Assembly: GCA_035304345.1 (NCBI GenBank)
Contig: DATGQE010000066.1
Coordinates: 60,344 to 124,343 of the forward strand
Length of the DNA stretch: 64,000 nucleotides
Direction of reading: 5' to 3'
Source of the DNA: Woeseiaceae bacterium
GTDB lineage: Bacteria > Pseudomonadota > Gammaproteobacteria > Steroidobacterales > Woeseiaceae
In this document: positions 1 to 9,440 of the stretch, piece by piece
How positions within the stretch are numbered: position 1 is the stretch's first letter
Layout of the letters: each line of letters begins with the position of its first letter
The notes under the pieces: generated by a model
What the model was told of the DNA's origin: nothing
Databases searched by the model: none
What the model saw: the letters and a program-made list of their open reading frames with translations, nothing else
Made by a program: the position numbers and the translations under genes

Positions 1-1
1 C

Positions 2-883
2 GCCGAGATGGGCCGCCTGCTCGAGGCGGCGAAGCACGACCTGAAGCTCGTGCAGTTCACGGGCTCGAGCGCGGTCGCGGAACGCATCGCGGCGCAGTAC
101 CACGGGAGGGTGCGCCTCGAGGATGCGGGCTTCGACTGGAAGATCCTCGGCCCGGACTACCGCCCGGAATGGCTCGATTACGTGGCGTGGCAATGCGACC
201 AGGACGCCTATGCGGCATCCGGACAGAAATGCTCGGCGCAGAGCATCCTGTTCGTGCACCGGAACTGGAGCGCCGACCTGCTCCCGAAGCTCGCCGCGCT
301 CGCGGCGCGGCGCCGGCTCGACGACCTGACGATCGGGCCCGTGCTCACCTGGACGACCGAACGCATGCTCGCGCACATCGAGGCCGTGAGCGCGATCCCC
401 GGTGCCACGCGGCTGTTCGGCGGCAATCCGCTCACCGGCCATACCATCCCGGAGCGCTACGGCGCGCTGGAGCCGACCGCCGTGCAGGTGCCGCTTGCGG
501 CAATCGACGACCATTTCGACCTCGTCACGACGGAGCTCTTCGGGCCGTTCCAGATCGTGGTGGAGTACGACGACGCCGACCTCGGGCACGTGCTCGACAT
601 CTTCAGCCGGATGAGCCAGCATCTGACCGCCGCCGTCGTGAGCGCCGACATCGGGTTCCAGAACACCGTGCTCGGTGCGACGCTGAACGGCACCACCTAC
701 TGCGGCATCCGGGCCCGTACGACCGGCGCGCCGCAGAACCACTGGTTCGGCCCCTGCGGGGACCCGCGGGCCGCTGGCATCGGTACACCGGAGGCGATTC
801 GCACGACGTGGAGCGGACATCGCGAAATCATCATGGACCAGGGGCCGTTACCCGAGGGCTGGACGCTGCCGCCGCCGACCTGA
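2..883 (+). CDS. Aldehyde dehydrogenase superfamily, ALDH12/ALDH4-type delta-1-pyrroline-5-carboxylate (glutamate semialdehyde) dehydrogenase; 3' part only, 5' end lies left of the window
   Basis: The frame is open from the window edge (ORF track 8..883). It carries the ALDH C-terminal motif ELFGPFQ and the tail TGAPQNHWFGPCGDPRAAGIGTPEAI...PEGWTLPPPT, which matches my recollection of plant-type ALDH12 P5CDH. GC3 bias is strong. Confidence 0.75.
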   Translation, partial: AEMGRLLEAAKHDLKLVQFTGSSAVAERIAAQYHGRVRLEDAGFDWKILGPDYRPEWLDYVAWQCDQDAYAASGQKCSAQSILFVHRNWSADLLPKLAALAARRRLDDLTIGPVLTWTTERMLAHIEAVSAIPGATRLFGGNPLTGHTIPERYGALEPTAVQVPLAAIDDHFDLVTTELFGPFQIVVEYDDADLGHVLDIFSRMSQHLTAAVVSADIGFQNTVLGATLNGTTYCGIRARTTGAPQNHWFGPCGDPRAAGIGTPEAIRTTWSGHREIIMDQGPLPEGWTLPPPT

Positions 884-896
884 CGGGAGGCCCGAC

Positions 897-2060
897 TTGA
901 ACCCGCCTCTCGAGAGCAAGCTGCCCGGCGTCGGGACGACGATCTTCACGGTCATGACGCAGCTCGCCAACGACTGCGGCGCGCTGAACCTGTCGCAGGG
1001 TTTCCCGAGCTTCGATCCCGATCCCGTCCTGCTCGAGCTCGTCAACCGCCACCTGCACTCGGGGGCCAACCAGTACGCGCCCATGCCGGGCGTGCCGAAG
1101 CTGCGGCAACAGATCGCGGCCAAGGTCGAGCGCCTGTACGGCCGCGCGGTCGATCCCGACCGCGAGGTCACGGTCTGCAACGGCGCGACCGAAGGCCTCT
1201 TCAGCGCGATCCAGGCGCTGGTGCGCCCGGGCGACGAGGTCATCGTGCTCGATCCGGCTTACGACTCCTACGAGCCCGCCGTGACGCTGGCGGGCGGCCG
1301 CACACGCCACCTGCCGCTCGCCGCGGGCGGCCCGGATACGGATTTCCGCATCGACTGGGAACGCCTGGCGGACACGCTGAACGAGCGCACCCGGCTGCTG
1401 ATCCTGAATTTCCCCCAGAACCCGACCGGCGCGGTGCTGTCCGCGGTCGAGCTCGACCTCCTCGCCGACACGCTGCGGGGAACGCCCGTGTACCTGCTCT
1501 CGGACGAGGTCTACGAGCACATCATCTTCGACGGGGTGCCGCACCAGAGCCTGCTCAGGCACGACGAGCTGTGGCGGCGCTCGCTGGTGCTCTCCTCCTT
1601 CGGCAAGACCTGCCACGCGACCGGCTGGAAGGTGGGATACTGCGTGGCACCGCCCGAGCTTACGGCCGAGTTCCGCAAGGTGCACCAGTTCACCTGCTTC
1701 TCGGTCGTGACGCCGATCCAGCACGCGCTCGCCGACTACATGGAGACGGATCCCGATCATTACGCCCGGTTGCCCGCGTTCTACCAGGCGAAGCGGGACC
1801 GCTTCTGCGACCTCCTGCGAGGCTCGCGCTTCCGCCTGCGACCCGCGGCGGGGACTTTCTTCCAGCTCGTCGAATATTCCGGCATCACGGACGAGCCCGA
1901 CGTCGACTACGCGACCCGGCTCACCCGCGAGATCGGCGTCGCCTCGATACCGGTCTCCGTGTTCTGCGAGGAGCCGCCGGAGGGGCGATGGCTGCGCTTC
2001 TGTTTCGCCAAGGACGACGCCATTCTCGAGGAGGCTGCCGAGAGACTATGTCAACTCTAG
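897..2060 (+). CDS. ybdL: PLP-dependent aminotransferase, YbdL-like methionine/glutamine-oxoacid transaminase
   Basis: 387-aa ORF with a TTG start. The N-terminus SKLPGVGTTIFTVMTQLA...LNLSQGFPSFDPDP closely parallels E. coli YbdL. It has a class I aminotransferase layout (SFGKT lysine motif). Confidence 0.85.
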   Translation: MNPPLESKLPGVGTTIFTVMTQLANDCGALNLSQGFPSFDPDPVLLELVNRHLHSGANQYAPMPGVPKLRQQIAAKVERLYGRAVDPDREVTVCNGATEGLFSAIQALVRPGDEVIVLDPAYDSYEPAVTLAGGRTRHLPLAAGGPDTDFRIDWERLADTLNERTRLLILNFPQNPTGAVLSAVELDLLADTLRGTPVYLLSDEVYEHIIFDGVPHQSLLRHDELWRRSLVLSSFGKTCHATGWKVGYCVAPPELTAEFRKVHQFTCFSVVTPIQHALADYMETDPDHYARLPAFYQAKRDRFCDLLRGSRFRLRPAAGTFFQLVEYSGITDEPDVDYATRLTREIGVASIPVSVFCEEPPEGRWLRFCFAKDDAILEEAAERLCQL

Positions 2061-2824
2061 ACGTCATGATCGTGCAGGCGGACCTGCACTGGCACGATCC
2101 CGAGGCCAACCTGCGCGATTTCACGCGCGTGCTCGACGAAGCGGGCACACGAGCGGACCTGATCGTGCTGCCCGAGATGTTCACGACCGGCTTCACCATG
2201 GACGCCGAAGCCAACGCCGAGCGCATGGACGGCAGGTCCGTCACGTGGATGGCGGACACCGCCAGCCGCACCGGTGCCGTCGTGTGCGGCAGCCTCGTGA
2301 TCCGCGATTCGGGCCGGTACTACAACCGGATGATCCTCATGCGGCCGGACGGCAACTTCGACTACTACGACAAGCGGCACCTGTTCCGGCTCGCCGGCGA
2401 GCACCGTTCCTACTCGTCGGGGAGCGAGCTCGTCACGTTCCGCCTGAAGAATTTCCGCATCCGCCCCATGGTCTGCTACGACCTGCGCTTCCCGGCGTGG
2501 AGCCGCAACCGCGGCGACTACGACCTCATCGTCTACGCCGCCAACTGGCCCGCTCCGCGGCACGTCGCCTGGGAGACGCTGTTGCGCGCACGTGCGATCG
2601 AGAACCTCGCGTACGTCGCCGGGGTGAACCGCGTCGGCACGGACGGCAACGGCATCACGTACCGCGGCGGCAGCGCCGTGATCGACTACATGGGCCAATA
2701 CCTCACGCCGGTGACCGAGACGGCCGGTGCCTGGTCGGCTTCGCTCGATCTCGAAAAGCTCAAGGAGTTCCGCGAGAAGTTCCCGTTCCACCTCGACGCC
2801 GATCCGTTCGCGATCGAGACGTAG
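2048..2824 (+). CDS. yafV: Carbon-nitrogen hydrolase, omega-amidase (YafV-like)
   Basis: Internal ATG at 2048 in ORF 1571..2824 (MSTLDVMIVQADLHW...). Motifs LPEMFTTGF, YDKRHLFR, VCYDLRFP and ANWPAPR align with E. coli YafV. It overlaps the ybdL 3' end by 13 nt. Confidence 0.88.
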   Translation: MSTLDVMIVQADLHWHDPEANLRDFTRVLDEAGTRADLIVLPEMFTTGFTMDAEANAERMDGRSVTWMADTASRTGAVVCGSLVIRDSGRYYNRMILMRPDGNFDYYDKRHLFRLAGEHRSYSSGSELVTFRLKNFRIRPMVCYDLRFPAWSRNRGDYDLIVYAANWPAPRHVAWETLLRARAIENLAYVAGVNRVGTDGNGITYRGGSAVIDYMGQYLTPVTETAGAWSASLDLEKLKEFREKFPFHLDADPFAIET

Positions 2825-2913
2825 GGACGTCGCGCTCGACGCGCACTTGGCCTGCGGGAGCGTGCACCGCGCGACTCGCGATTGAAGGGTATCGCCGGTC
2901 GCGAGCGACGCCG

Positions 2914-3777
2914 CTACAGGTCGAACAGGGAGCGGAAGTCGAGCCCGATCCCCCGGAGCTCCCCGTCGGAGCTCACGCGGTAGACGAGCGTCAGGCGATC
3001 GAACCGTAGCCGCCACATGCTGATCGGCGAGTCCGCCTTGTGGATGCCGATCCCTAGCTGCCACTGGTCCCGGATCTGCTCGAAGCGGCGATCCGGCCCG
3101 AACAGCTCGAGCTCGTCCGCGAACCACGTGTACGCGACGTGCCAGTTCACGAACAAGGCCTCCCCCTGCCACTCGCGCGCGCCGAACGGGTAATCGAACT
3201 CGAAGGCGGTCATGACCGGCCAGAAGTTCGACGACGGCCCCTCGCTGGGTGAGTGTCCGACGACGGCCACCGAGTACAGCCAGGACCATCCCAGCCTTCC
3301 CGCGTCCATCCGGTACCGGCTGCGCAGGCCCGCCCACCACGTCCAGGCCGACTCGTCCCCGTTCAGCACCGTACCCCACCCCAGCGCCGCGAACGGCCGC
3401 AGCGTCCAGCGTTCGCTGACCGGGACCTGCACGTGGACCTCGGGCGTGACGCTCACGCTGGCGAAGTTCTCGGGGTCGACGCTGCCCGGGAGATCGTCGA
3501 GCGGAAAGTGCTCCAGGCCCACGGTCACGGGTACCCGCACCTCGAGGCCGTAGTGCCTTTCGCCGCCCGCTATCGACTGCTCACGGACGAGCCGGCGCGG
3601 CGCGTAACGGACGGCGAACGCGTCGCGCGTATCGCCGATGCGGTACCAGCCGGTGCCGAACCAGGTGGAGTACGCCCAGTGAACCGCCTCCGCGTCCACG
3701 GCCTGGGCGCGCACGCCGGCCGGCAGCAGGAGGGCGATCGAGAAAGCGCAAGGAACAAGACGAGCTATGCGTGGCAT
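2914..3777 (-). CDS. Secreted hypothetical protein, probably an outer-membrane beta-barrel
   Basis: 287-aa ORF with a signal peptide (MPRIARLVPCAFSIALLLPAGVRAQA). It is rich in alternating aromatic/hydrophilic strands (W, Y, G, R). I recognise no family. It is divergent from opgG. Confidence 0.55.
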   Translation of the reverse strand: MPRIARLVPCAFSIALLLPAGVRAQAVDAEAVHWAYSTWFGTGWYRIGDTRDAFAVRYAPRRLVREQSIAGGERHYGLEVRVPVTVGLEHFPLDDLPGSVDPENFASVSVTPEVHVQVPVSERWTLRPFAALGWGTVLNGDESAWTWWAGLRSRYRMDAGRLGWSWLYSVAVVGHSPSEGPSSNFWPVMTAFEFDYPFGAREWQGEALFVNWHVAYTWFADELELFGPDRRFEQIRDQWQLGIGIHKADSPISMWRLRFDRLTLVYRVSSDGELRGIGLDFRSLFDL

Positions 3778-3935
3778 CGGCTTTATCTATAATAGTAGAG
3801 CGCACCGACAAGGTGTCTCCTTTCGAAGACAGTCCTTGCCGGTCTCACTGTTCCTCGATGCCGGTTCGGCGCATCAGCCGAACATCGACTTCCCTGTACA
3901 GACTAAGTAATCCACTGCCACAAGGAGGCTGGCAC

Positions 3936-5498
3936 GTGCACGTTATGCAGAAGTCGCTCATGTTCCTGTTGCTCGCCGCGCCGACGATCGCGATGGCGTC
4001 CGCCGTCGTGCAGACCGACCAGGACGTCGATCCGACGACCGGCGAGCGGACGGCGTTCGGCTTCGCCGACGTGAACCGCATCGCGGAGAGTCTCGCACAA
4101 AAGCCGTACGAGCCGGATCGCCCCGAGCTGCCCGAAGGCTTCCGGAATCTCGAGTACGACGATTACCGGGACATCCGTTATCGCGCGCAAAGGAACATCT
4201 GGGTGGACGCGGGGCTGCCGTTCCAGATCCAGCTTTTCCCGCGCGGCTTCCTGTTCCGCGACCGCGTGCGCATCAACGTCGTGGACGACTCGGGCGTGCA
4301 TCCCATCCAGTTCGAGCGCGACATGTTCGATTACGGGCGGAACCAGGTGCCGGCCGAGCTGCCTGCCGACTTCGGGTTTGCCGGCTTCCGCATCCTCTAC
4401 CCGTTGCATCGCGAGGATCGCCTCGACGAAGTCGGCGTCTTCCTCGGGGCGAGCTACTTTCGTGCAATCGGCCAAAACCAGAACTACGGCGTATCCGCAC
4501 GCGGGCTGGCCATCGACACCGGACTCGAGCGGCCCGAGGAGTTTCCGGTGTTCCGCGAATTCTGGATCCAGCGCCCGAAGCCGGACGACACCGCGCTCGT
4601 CGTGTTCGCCCTGCTCGACAGCCAGCGCGCCACCGGCGCTTACCGGTTCATCATCCAGCCCGGCCTGCAGACCGTGGTGGGCGTGAAGGCGCGGCTCACC
4701 TTTCGCGAGTCCGTGGAAAAGCTCGGCGTCGCACCGCTCACGAGCATGTTCTACCACGGCGAATCGACCGATCGCTTCATGGACGACTTCCGCCCGGAGG
4801 TGCACGATTCCGACGGCCTCATCATCGAGTCCGGCAGCGGAGAGCGCATCTGGCGTCCGCTGGCGAATCCGCTCAAGCTGCAGATCACGTCCTTCCAGGT
4901 CGACTCGCCGCGCGGCTTCGGCCTGATGCAGCGCGACCGCGAATTCGCTCACTACCAGGACACGGAAGCCCTCTACCACACCCGCCCCAGCGCCTGGGTA
5001 GAAACGATCGGCGACTGGGGCAACGGGGTCGTGGAGCTCGTGGAGATCCCGAGCCCCAGCGAGCGCAACGACAACATCGTCGCGTTCTGGACACCGGGAC
5101 AGAAGCCGCAGCCCATGTCGCCGTTCGAGTTCGAGTACCGGCTGCACTTCGCGCTCGACCCTGAAGCACGCCTCAAGGGAGGGCGCACCTACGCGACGCG
5201 GATCGGCGCCGGAGGCACCGACGTGCCGATCCACGCGCGCCGGAAGTTCGTCATCGACTTCATCGGCAACTCGGTGGAGCGCCTCGACCCGCAAGCGACC
5301 AACGTCGAAGGAGTGTGCAACACGTCGTCCGGCCGCATCACCGAGCCGGTCGCCCACCACAACCCGTTCCTGAAGGGATGGCGCCTGTTCTTCGAGCTCA
5401 TCCCGCAAGGCCAGCAGCCCGCCGACCTGCGGTGCTTCCTGCGGCGGGACAAGGACATCCTCACCGAGACCTGGGTGTACAAATGGGCACCGAACTGA
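3936..5498 (+). CDS. opgG: Glucan biosynthesis protein G (periplasmic OPG biosynthesis protein)
   Basis: MdoG-family sequence (FGFADV...LAQKPY, FQIQLFPRGFLFRD, RPSAWVE, NDNIVAFW). It has a Sec signal (MQKSLMFLLLAAPTIAMASA). AAGGAGG at 3922-3928 precedes GTG 3936; an alternative ATG lies at 3945. Confidence 0.9.
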   Translation: MHVMQKSLMFLLLAAPTIAMASAVVQTDQDVDPTTGERTAFGFADVNRIAESLAQKPYEPDRPELPEGFRNLEYDDYRDIRYRAQRNIWVDAGLPFQIQLFPRGFLFRDRVRINVVDDSGVHPIQFERDMFDYGRNQVPAELPADFGFAGFRILYPLHREDRLDEVGVFLGASYFRAIGQNQNYGVSARGLAIDTGLERPEEFPVFREFWIQRPKPDDTALVVFALLDSQRATGAYRFIIQPGLQTVVGVKARLTFRESVEKLGVAPLTSMFYHGESTDRFMDDFRPEVHDSDGLIIESGSGERIWRPLANPLKLQITSFQVDSPRGFGLMQRDREFAHYQDTEALYHTRPSAWVETIGDWGNGVVELVEIPSPSERNDNIVAFWTPGQKPQPMSPFEFEYRLHFALDPEARLKGGRTYATRIGAGGTDVPIHARRKFVIDFIGNSVERLDPQATNVEGVCNTSSGRITEPVAHHNPFLKGWRLFFELIPQGQQPADLRCFLRRDKDILTETWVYKWAPN

Positions 5499-7978
5499 TC
5501 GTGCGCCAGCACGCACGAACATTCGACACGAACCGCTTCGACCTCTCGCCGTGGCGGGACGCGCTGCCACGCGTCTACCGGTACCTCCATGCCGCGGGCA
5601 TCGATTCGGACCGCATGCCGTCCGTGCTCGCGGAGATCCAGTCGCGCTTGCAGGCATTGCTGCCGCTGCACGACCACGAGAACCCGGTGGAGATCGCGCT
5701 CGCCGAAACCGCGCAGTGGGTGGAGGAGCAGCGCGAGCGCGCGCAGTTCCGGCGTTCGCCGGCGGCGGATGCGACGCCGGCGAGCGCACCTCTCGACATG
5801 CCGGAGCAGCCGGTCCAGCTCAACGGGCTCGGACGCTCGCGCGGGGAGCAGCCGCCCCGCGGCGGCGGACCGCCCGAGCCGTCTTTCGACGGGCGCGGTC
5901 CGGCACGCGCCATTCGCGGCCGCCGGGCTCTCTTCTTCGGCCTGATCGGCGCGACGACGGCCGGCGCCATCGGGCTGCTCAGCGGCTCCATCCAGCAGGA
6001 CGGCCTGAACCCGCTGGAGCTCCTGCTCGTCATACTCTACGCGGTGCTGTTCGCGTGGATCTGTGCGGCCTTCTGGACCGCGTTCATCGGCTTTTTCATC
6101 AGGCTGTTCGGTATCAGGCGCTGGGATCTCGAGGCGGCTCCCGGCGCGCCCGCGGCCGCCACCGCGCACCCGTCCCGCGACCGGCCGCGCTCGGCGCTCA
6201 TCATGCCGATCTACAACGAGGAGCCGGCGTTCGTGTTCGCACGCCTGCGCGCGATGTGGGAGTCCCTCGCCGCCACCGACGCGGCCGACGATTTCGACGT
6301 GTTCGTGCTGAGCGACACGCGCGATCCGGACATCTGGGTCGAGGAAGAGCTCCGCTGGCAGAAGCTGGTCGACGAGACCCGCGCCCACGGGCGGATCTTC
6401 TACCGCAACCGCCGCGACAACGCCTATCGCAAGGCCGGCAACATCGCCGATTTCGTACGCACGTGGGGCGGCCGCTACCGCTACATGGCGGTCCTCGATG
6501 CCGACAGCCTGATGGCGGGCAGGACGCTTCAGCGCATGGTCGCGATCATGGAGGCGCACCCGCAGGTCGCGATCCTCCAGGTCCCGGCACTGCCGGTGAA
6601 CAACGCGTCGCTGTTCGCGCGCCTGCTCCAGTTCGGATCGGCACTGTACGGCCAGCTTTACAGCGCGGGCATGAATTTCTGGCAGGCCGGCGATTCGAAC
6701 TATTTCGGCCACAACGCACTGATCAGGGTCGAGCCGTTCGCACGGCACTGCGGGCTACCGACCCTGCCGGGACGCCTGCCGTTCGGCGGTCCCATCCTGA
6801 GCCACGATTTCGTCGAAGCGGCGATGCTGCGGCGCGCGGGCTGGGAGGTGTGGACGGCCCATGGCATGGACGGGAGCTTCGAGGAGATCCCGCCGACGCT
6901 CATCGACTATGCCAAGCGCGACCGGCGCTGGTGCCAGGGCAACCTGCAGCACGCGCGGCTGATCCTGGCGAAGGGCTGGCGCGGCCTGAGCCGGCTGCAC
7001 CTCACGATGGGCGTGATGTCGTACCTCGCCTCCCCGCTCTGGTTCCTGTTCCTGCTCGCCGCCGGCATCGACGCGTGGCTCCAGAGCCAGGAGACGCCGG
7101 TCTACTTCTTCGGGCGCAGCCTGTTCCCGATCTGGCCGGCGTCCTACGCGTTCGAGCTCATGACCGTGCTTCTCGTCACGCTGTCCATCCTGTTCCTCCC
7201 GAAGCTGCTCGCGTTCGGGCTGCTGATCGCGGAGCCCGAGCGCTGGTCGCGTTTCGGCGGGCCTGCTCGCGCCGGGGTGAGCGTCGTGCTCGAAAGCCTG
7301 TTCTCGGTGCTCGCCGCCCCGGTGCTGATGCTGTTCCAGACCAAGTTCGTCATCGCGATCCTGCTCCGGCGCAGCATCGGCTGGCCGGCCCAGCAGCGCG
7401 TCGACCGCAGCACGACGCTGTCCGAGGCGATGGTCGCGCACGGCTCCCACGCCGTGCTCGGCGTCGTTGCGGGCGTCGTCACGTGGCGTTACGTGCCGGG
7501 CTTCTTCTGGTGGTTCACGCCGGTACTGGCCGGCATGGTACTCGCGCCCGTGCTGTCGATGGTGACGAGCCGCGCGGACCTCGGCATGGCGGCGCGCCGC
7601 CTGGGCCTCTTCGTCACGCCGCAGGAAGTCGCCCCCGACGAGGTCGTGCAGCGGTACCGCGAGCTCGTGGCCGGGCAGCCCGCCGAGGACGAGATCGGCA
7701 CCTTGCAGCCGCTCTGGCTCGCCGCCCTCCTGCATCCGCGGATTCACGCCCTGCATCGCGACCTGTTGCCGCCCGAGGAGCCGACGCGACACCAGCGCCA
7801 TTACCTGCAGGGGCTCATGTACTACCTCGCCGACCAGTCGGCAGAGGCGCTCAACCACGAGGACCGCCGCGCCATGATTTCCAATCCCGAGTGCCTGGGG
7901 CGCATGCACGTCGGCCTGTGGACGGAATTGTCGATGGAGCGACTGGACGAGATGACCGGGAGGTATGCCACGGCATGA
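5483..7978 (+). CDS. opgH: Glucans biosynthesis glucosyltransferase H (family 2 glycosyltransferase, multi-TM)
   Basis: Internal ATG at 5483 (MGTELIVRQ...). Shows OpgH hallmarks: IMPIYNEEP, VLSDTRDP, RRDNAYRKAGNIADF, LDADSLM, ILSHDFVEAA and QGNLQH, plus C-terminal TM helices. It overlaps opgG by 16 nt. Confidence 0.92.
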   Translation: MGTELIVRQHARTFDTNRFDLSPWRDALPRVYRYLHAAGIDSDRMPSVLAEIQSRLQALLPLHDHENPVEIALAETAQWVEEQRERAQFRRSPAADATPASAPLDMPEQPVQLNGLGRSRGEQPPRGGGPPEPSFDGRGPARAIRGRRALFFGLIGATTAGAIGLLSGSIQQDGLNPLELLLVILYAVLFAWICAAFWTAFIGFFIRLFGIRRWDLEAAPGAPAAATAHPSRDRPRSALIMPIYNEEPAFVFARLRAMWESLAATDAADDFDVFVLSDTRDPDIWVEEELRWQKLVDETRAHGRIFYRNRRDNAYRKAGNIADFVRTWGGRYRYMAVLDADSLMAGRTLQRMVAIMEAHPQVAILQVPALPVNNASLFARLLQFGSALYGQLYSAGMNFWQAGDSNYFGHNALIRVEPFARHCGLPTLPGRLPFGGPILSHDFVEAAMLRRAGWEVWTAHGMDGSFEEIPPTLIDYAKRDRRWCQGNLQHARLILAKGWRGLSRLHLTMGVMSYLASPLWFLFLLAAGIDAWLQSQETPVYFFGRSLFPIWPASYAFELMTVLLVTLSILFLPKLLAFGLLIAEPERWSRFGGPARAGVSVVLESLFSVLAAPVLMLFQTKFVIAILLRRSIGWPAQQRVDRSTTLSEAMVAHGSHAVLGVVAGVVTWRYVPGFFWWFTPVLAGMVLAPVLSMVTSRADLGMAARRLGLFVTPQEVAPDEVVQRYRELVAGQPAEDEIGTLQPLWLAALLHPRIHALHRDLLPPEEPTRHQRHYLQGLMYYLADQSAEALNHEDRRAMISNPECLGRMHVGLWTELSMERLDEMTGRYATA

Positions 7979-9339
7979 ACGACGACAGCCGCTACGAGAC
8001 CACGGCCGTTCTCGACGAGCCGGGCGCCGCCGGCAGCGATCGCTGGCTTTTCGCCGCGTTCCTCGCCGCCCTCGCGCTGCTGGTGTTCCTGGCAGGCTCG
8101 CTGCTGACCGCGGCCGGCCTGCCTCCCGGCCCGCAGGTCGAGCGCGCCTGGCAGGCCGGGCGCGCCTGGTACGCGAAGCTGTTCCACTACGACAACGTGT
8201 ATTTCTCCGACCTCTGGCACGCGGCGCGCACCGAGCGGCGCGGCGTGACCGTGAACGTGCCCGAGCTCGTCAGCCCCGGCGTCACGCTCTACACCTCGGG
8301 CCACGAGGCATCGGCTTTCCTCGTCTCCATGGACGGGGAAGTGCTGCACCGGTGGCACCGGCCGTTCAGCCAGGTGTGGAACGAAACCGCCGCGGTCAAG
8401 GAGCCGCAACCGGATTCCCACGTCTACATGCGCAAGGCCACGCTGCTGCCGACCGGCGAGCTGCTCGCGATCTACGAGGGCGCGGGCGATACCCCGTACG
8501 GTTACGGCCTGGTCAAGCTCGATCGCGATTCGAACGTCGTCTGGAGCTACCTGCAGCCCGCCCATCACGATTTCGACATCGCACCGGACGGAAGCATCTA
8601 CGTGCTCACGCAGGAGATCGTGGAAGAGCCCCTGGCCTCGCTCGATCACCTCGCCTCCCCGAGGCTGGACGACTTCCTCGTCATCCTCTCCCCCGAGGGC
8701 GAGGAGCTGCGCAAGATTCCCCTGCTCACCGCGGTCGACCGGTCCGACTACCGGCAGATCCTGTTCGGCATCTCCTCGTTTGCGCTGGCCGATGCGCTGC
8801 ATACGAACAGCGTGCACGTCATCACCGAGGAGGAAGCGCGCGTGTTTCCGTTCGGCAAGGCCGGCCAGGTGCTGGTGTCCTTCCGCGAGCCGAGCGCGAT
8901 CGGCGTGATCGACCTCGAGCAGGAGAAGCTGGTCTGGGCCGTCAAGGGTTACTGGGCCGCGCAGCACGACCCGCACATCCTGGAGAACGGCAACATCCTG
9001 CTCTTCGACAACAAGGGCCATTTCAACAGGCCGGAAGGCCGGTCGCGGGCCCTCGAGTTCGACCCGAAGACGATGACGCTCGTGTGGCAGTACACCGGCA
9101 CGGCCGAATCGCCCCTCGAGAGCGACATACGGTCGTACACGCAGCGCCTGCCGAACGGCAACACGCTGATCACCGAATCGAACGGCGGCCGCATCCTGGA
9201 AGTCACCGGCGCCGGCGAGCTCGTGTGGGAGTACGTCAACCCGGTGCGGGGCGGTCCGGAAGGCCAGCAGATCCCGATCATCTGCAAGGCACAGCGGCTG
9301 GACGCCGCCGTGCTGGGCCCCTTCCTGAAGGGGGCGTGA
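7975..9339 (+). CDS. Arylsulfotransferase (ASST)-like beta-propeller protein with an N-terminal membrane anchor
   Basis: Only the last 454 codons of ORF 5551..9339 look coding. The ATG at 7975 overlaps the opgH stop (ATGA). There is a TM segment (WLFAAFLAALALLVFLAGSLL). Repeated propeller motifs typical of ASST-family proteins are present: HHDFDIAPDGSIYVL, HTNSVHVI, QHDPHILENGNILLFDN and LPNGNTLITES. Confidence 0.75.
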   Translation: MNDDSRYETTAVLDEPGAAGSDRWLFAAFLAALALLVFLAGSLLTAAGLPPGPQVERAWQAGRAWYAKLFHYDNVYFSDLWHAARTERRGVTVNVPELVSPGVTLYTSGHEASAFLVSMDGEVLHRWHRPFSQVWNETAAVKEPQPDSHVYMRKATLLPTGELLAIYEGAGDTPYGYGLVKLDRDSNVVWSYLQPAHHDFDIAPDGSIYVLTQEIVEEPLASLDHLASPRLDDFLVILSPEGEELRKIPLLTAVDRSDYRQILFGISSFALADALHTNSVHVITEEEARVFPFGKAGQVLVSFREPSAIGVIDLEQEKLVWAVKGYWAAQHDPHILENGNILLFDNKGHFNRPEGRSRALEFDPKTMTLVWQYTGTAESPLESDIRSYTQRLPNGNTLITESNGGRILEVTGAGELVWEYVNPVRGGPEGQQIPIICKAQRLDAAVLGPFLKGA

Positions 9340-9440
9340 CAGGCGTCATGGCACGCGTATTGCAGCGGTTGCCTTCGCAGCCGCAATTCGAGGCCGGAGG
9401 CGCCGTCGGTCGGCGCGCGGCCGGAAGGGAGTCATCGGCT

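Noticed and set aside
3788-3793. TATAAT hexamer as the opgG promoter -10 box.
   Set aside because: There is no acceptable -35 (TTGACA-like) or extended -10 at the proper spacing, and the hexamer lies only 11 nt from the divergent gene's start codon. It is plausible but not supportable as a feature from sequence alone.
5551-9339. A 1262-aa ORF in the track, which could be read as a giant protein spanning opgH.
   Set aside because: The first 808 codons or so are an Arg/Pro/Ala-rich shadow frame of opgH with no recognisable domains. Only the part from ATG 7975 (ASST-like, 454 aa) has protein-like composition and motifs.
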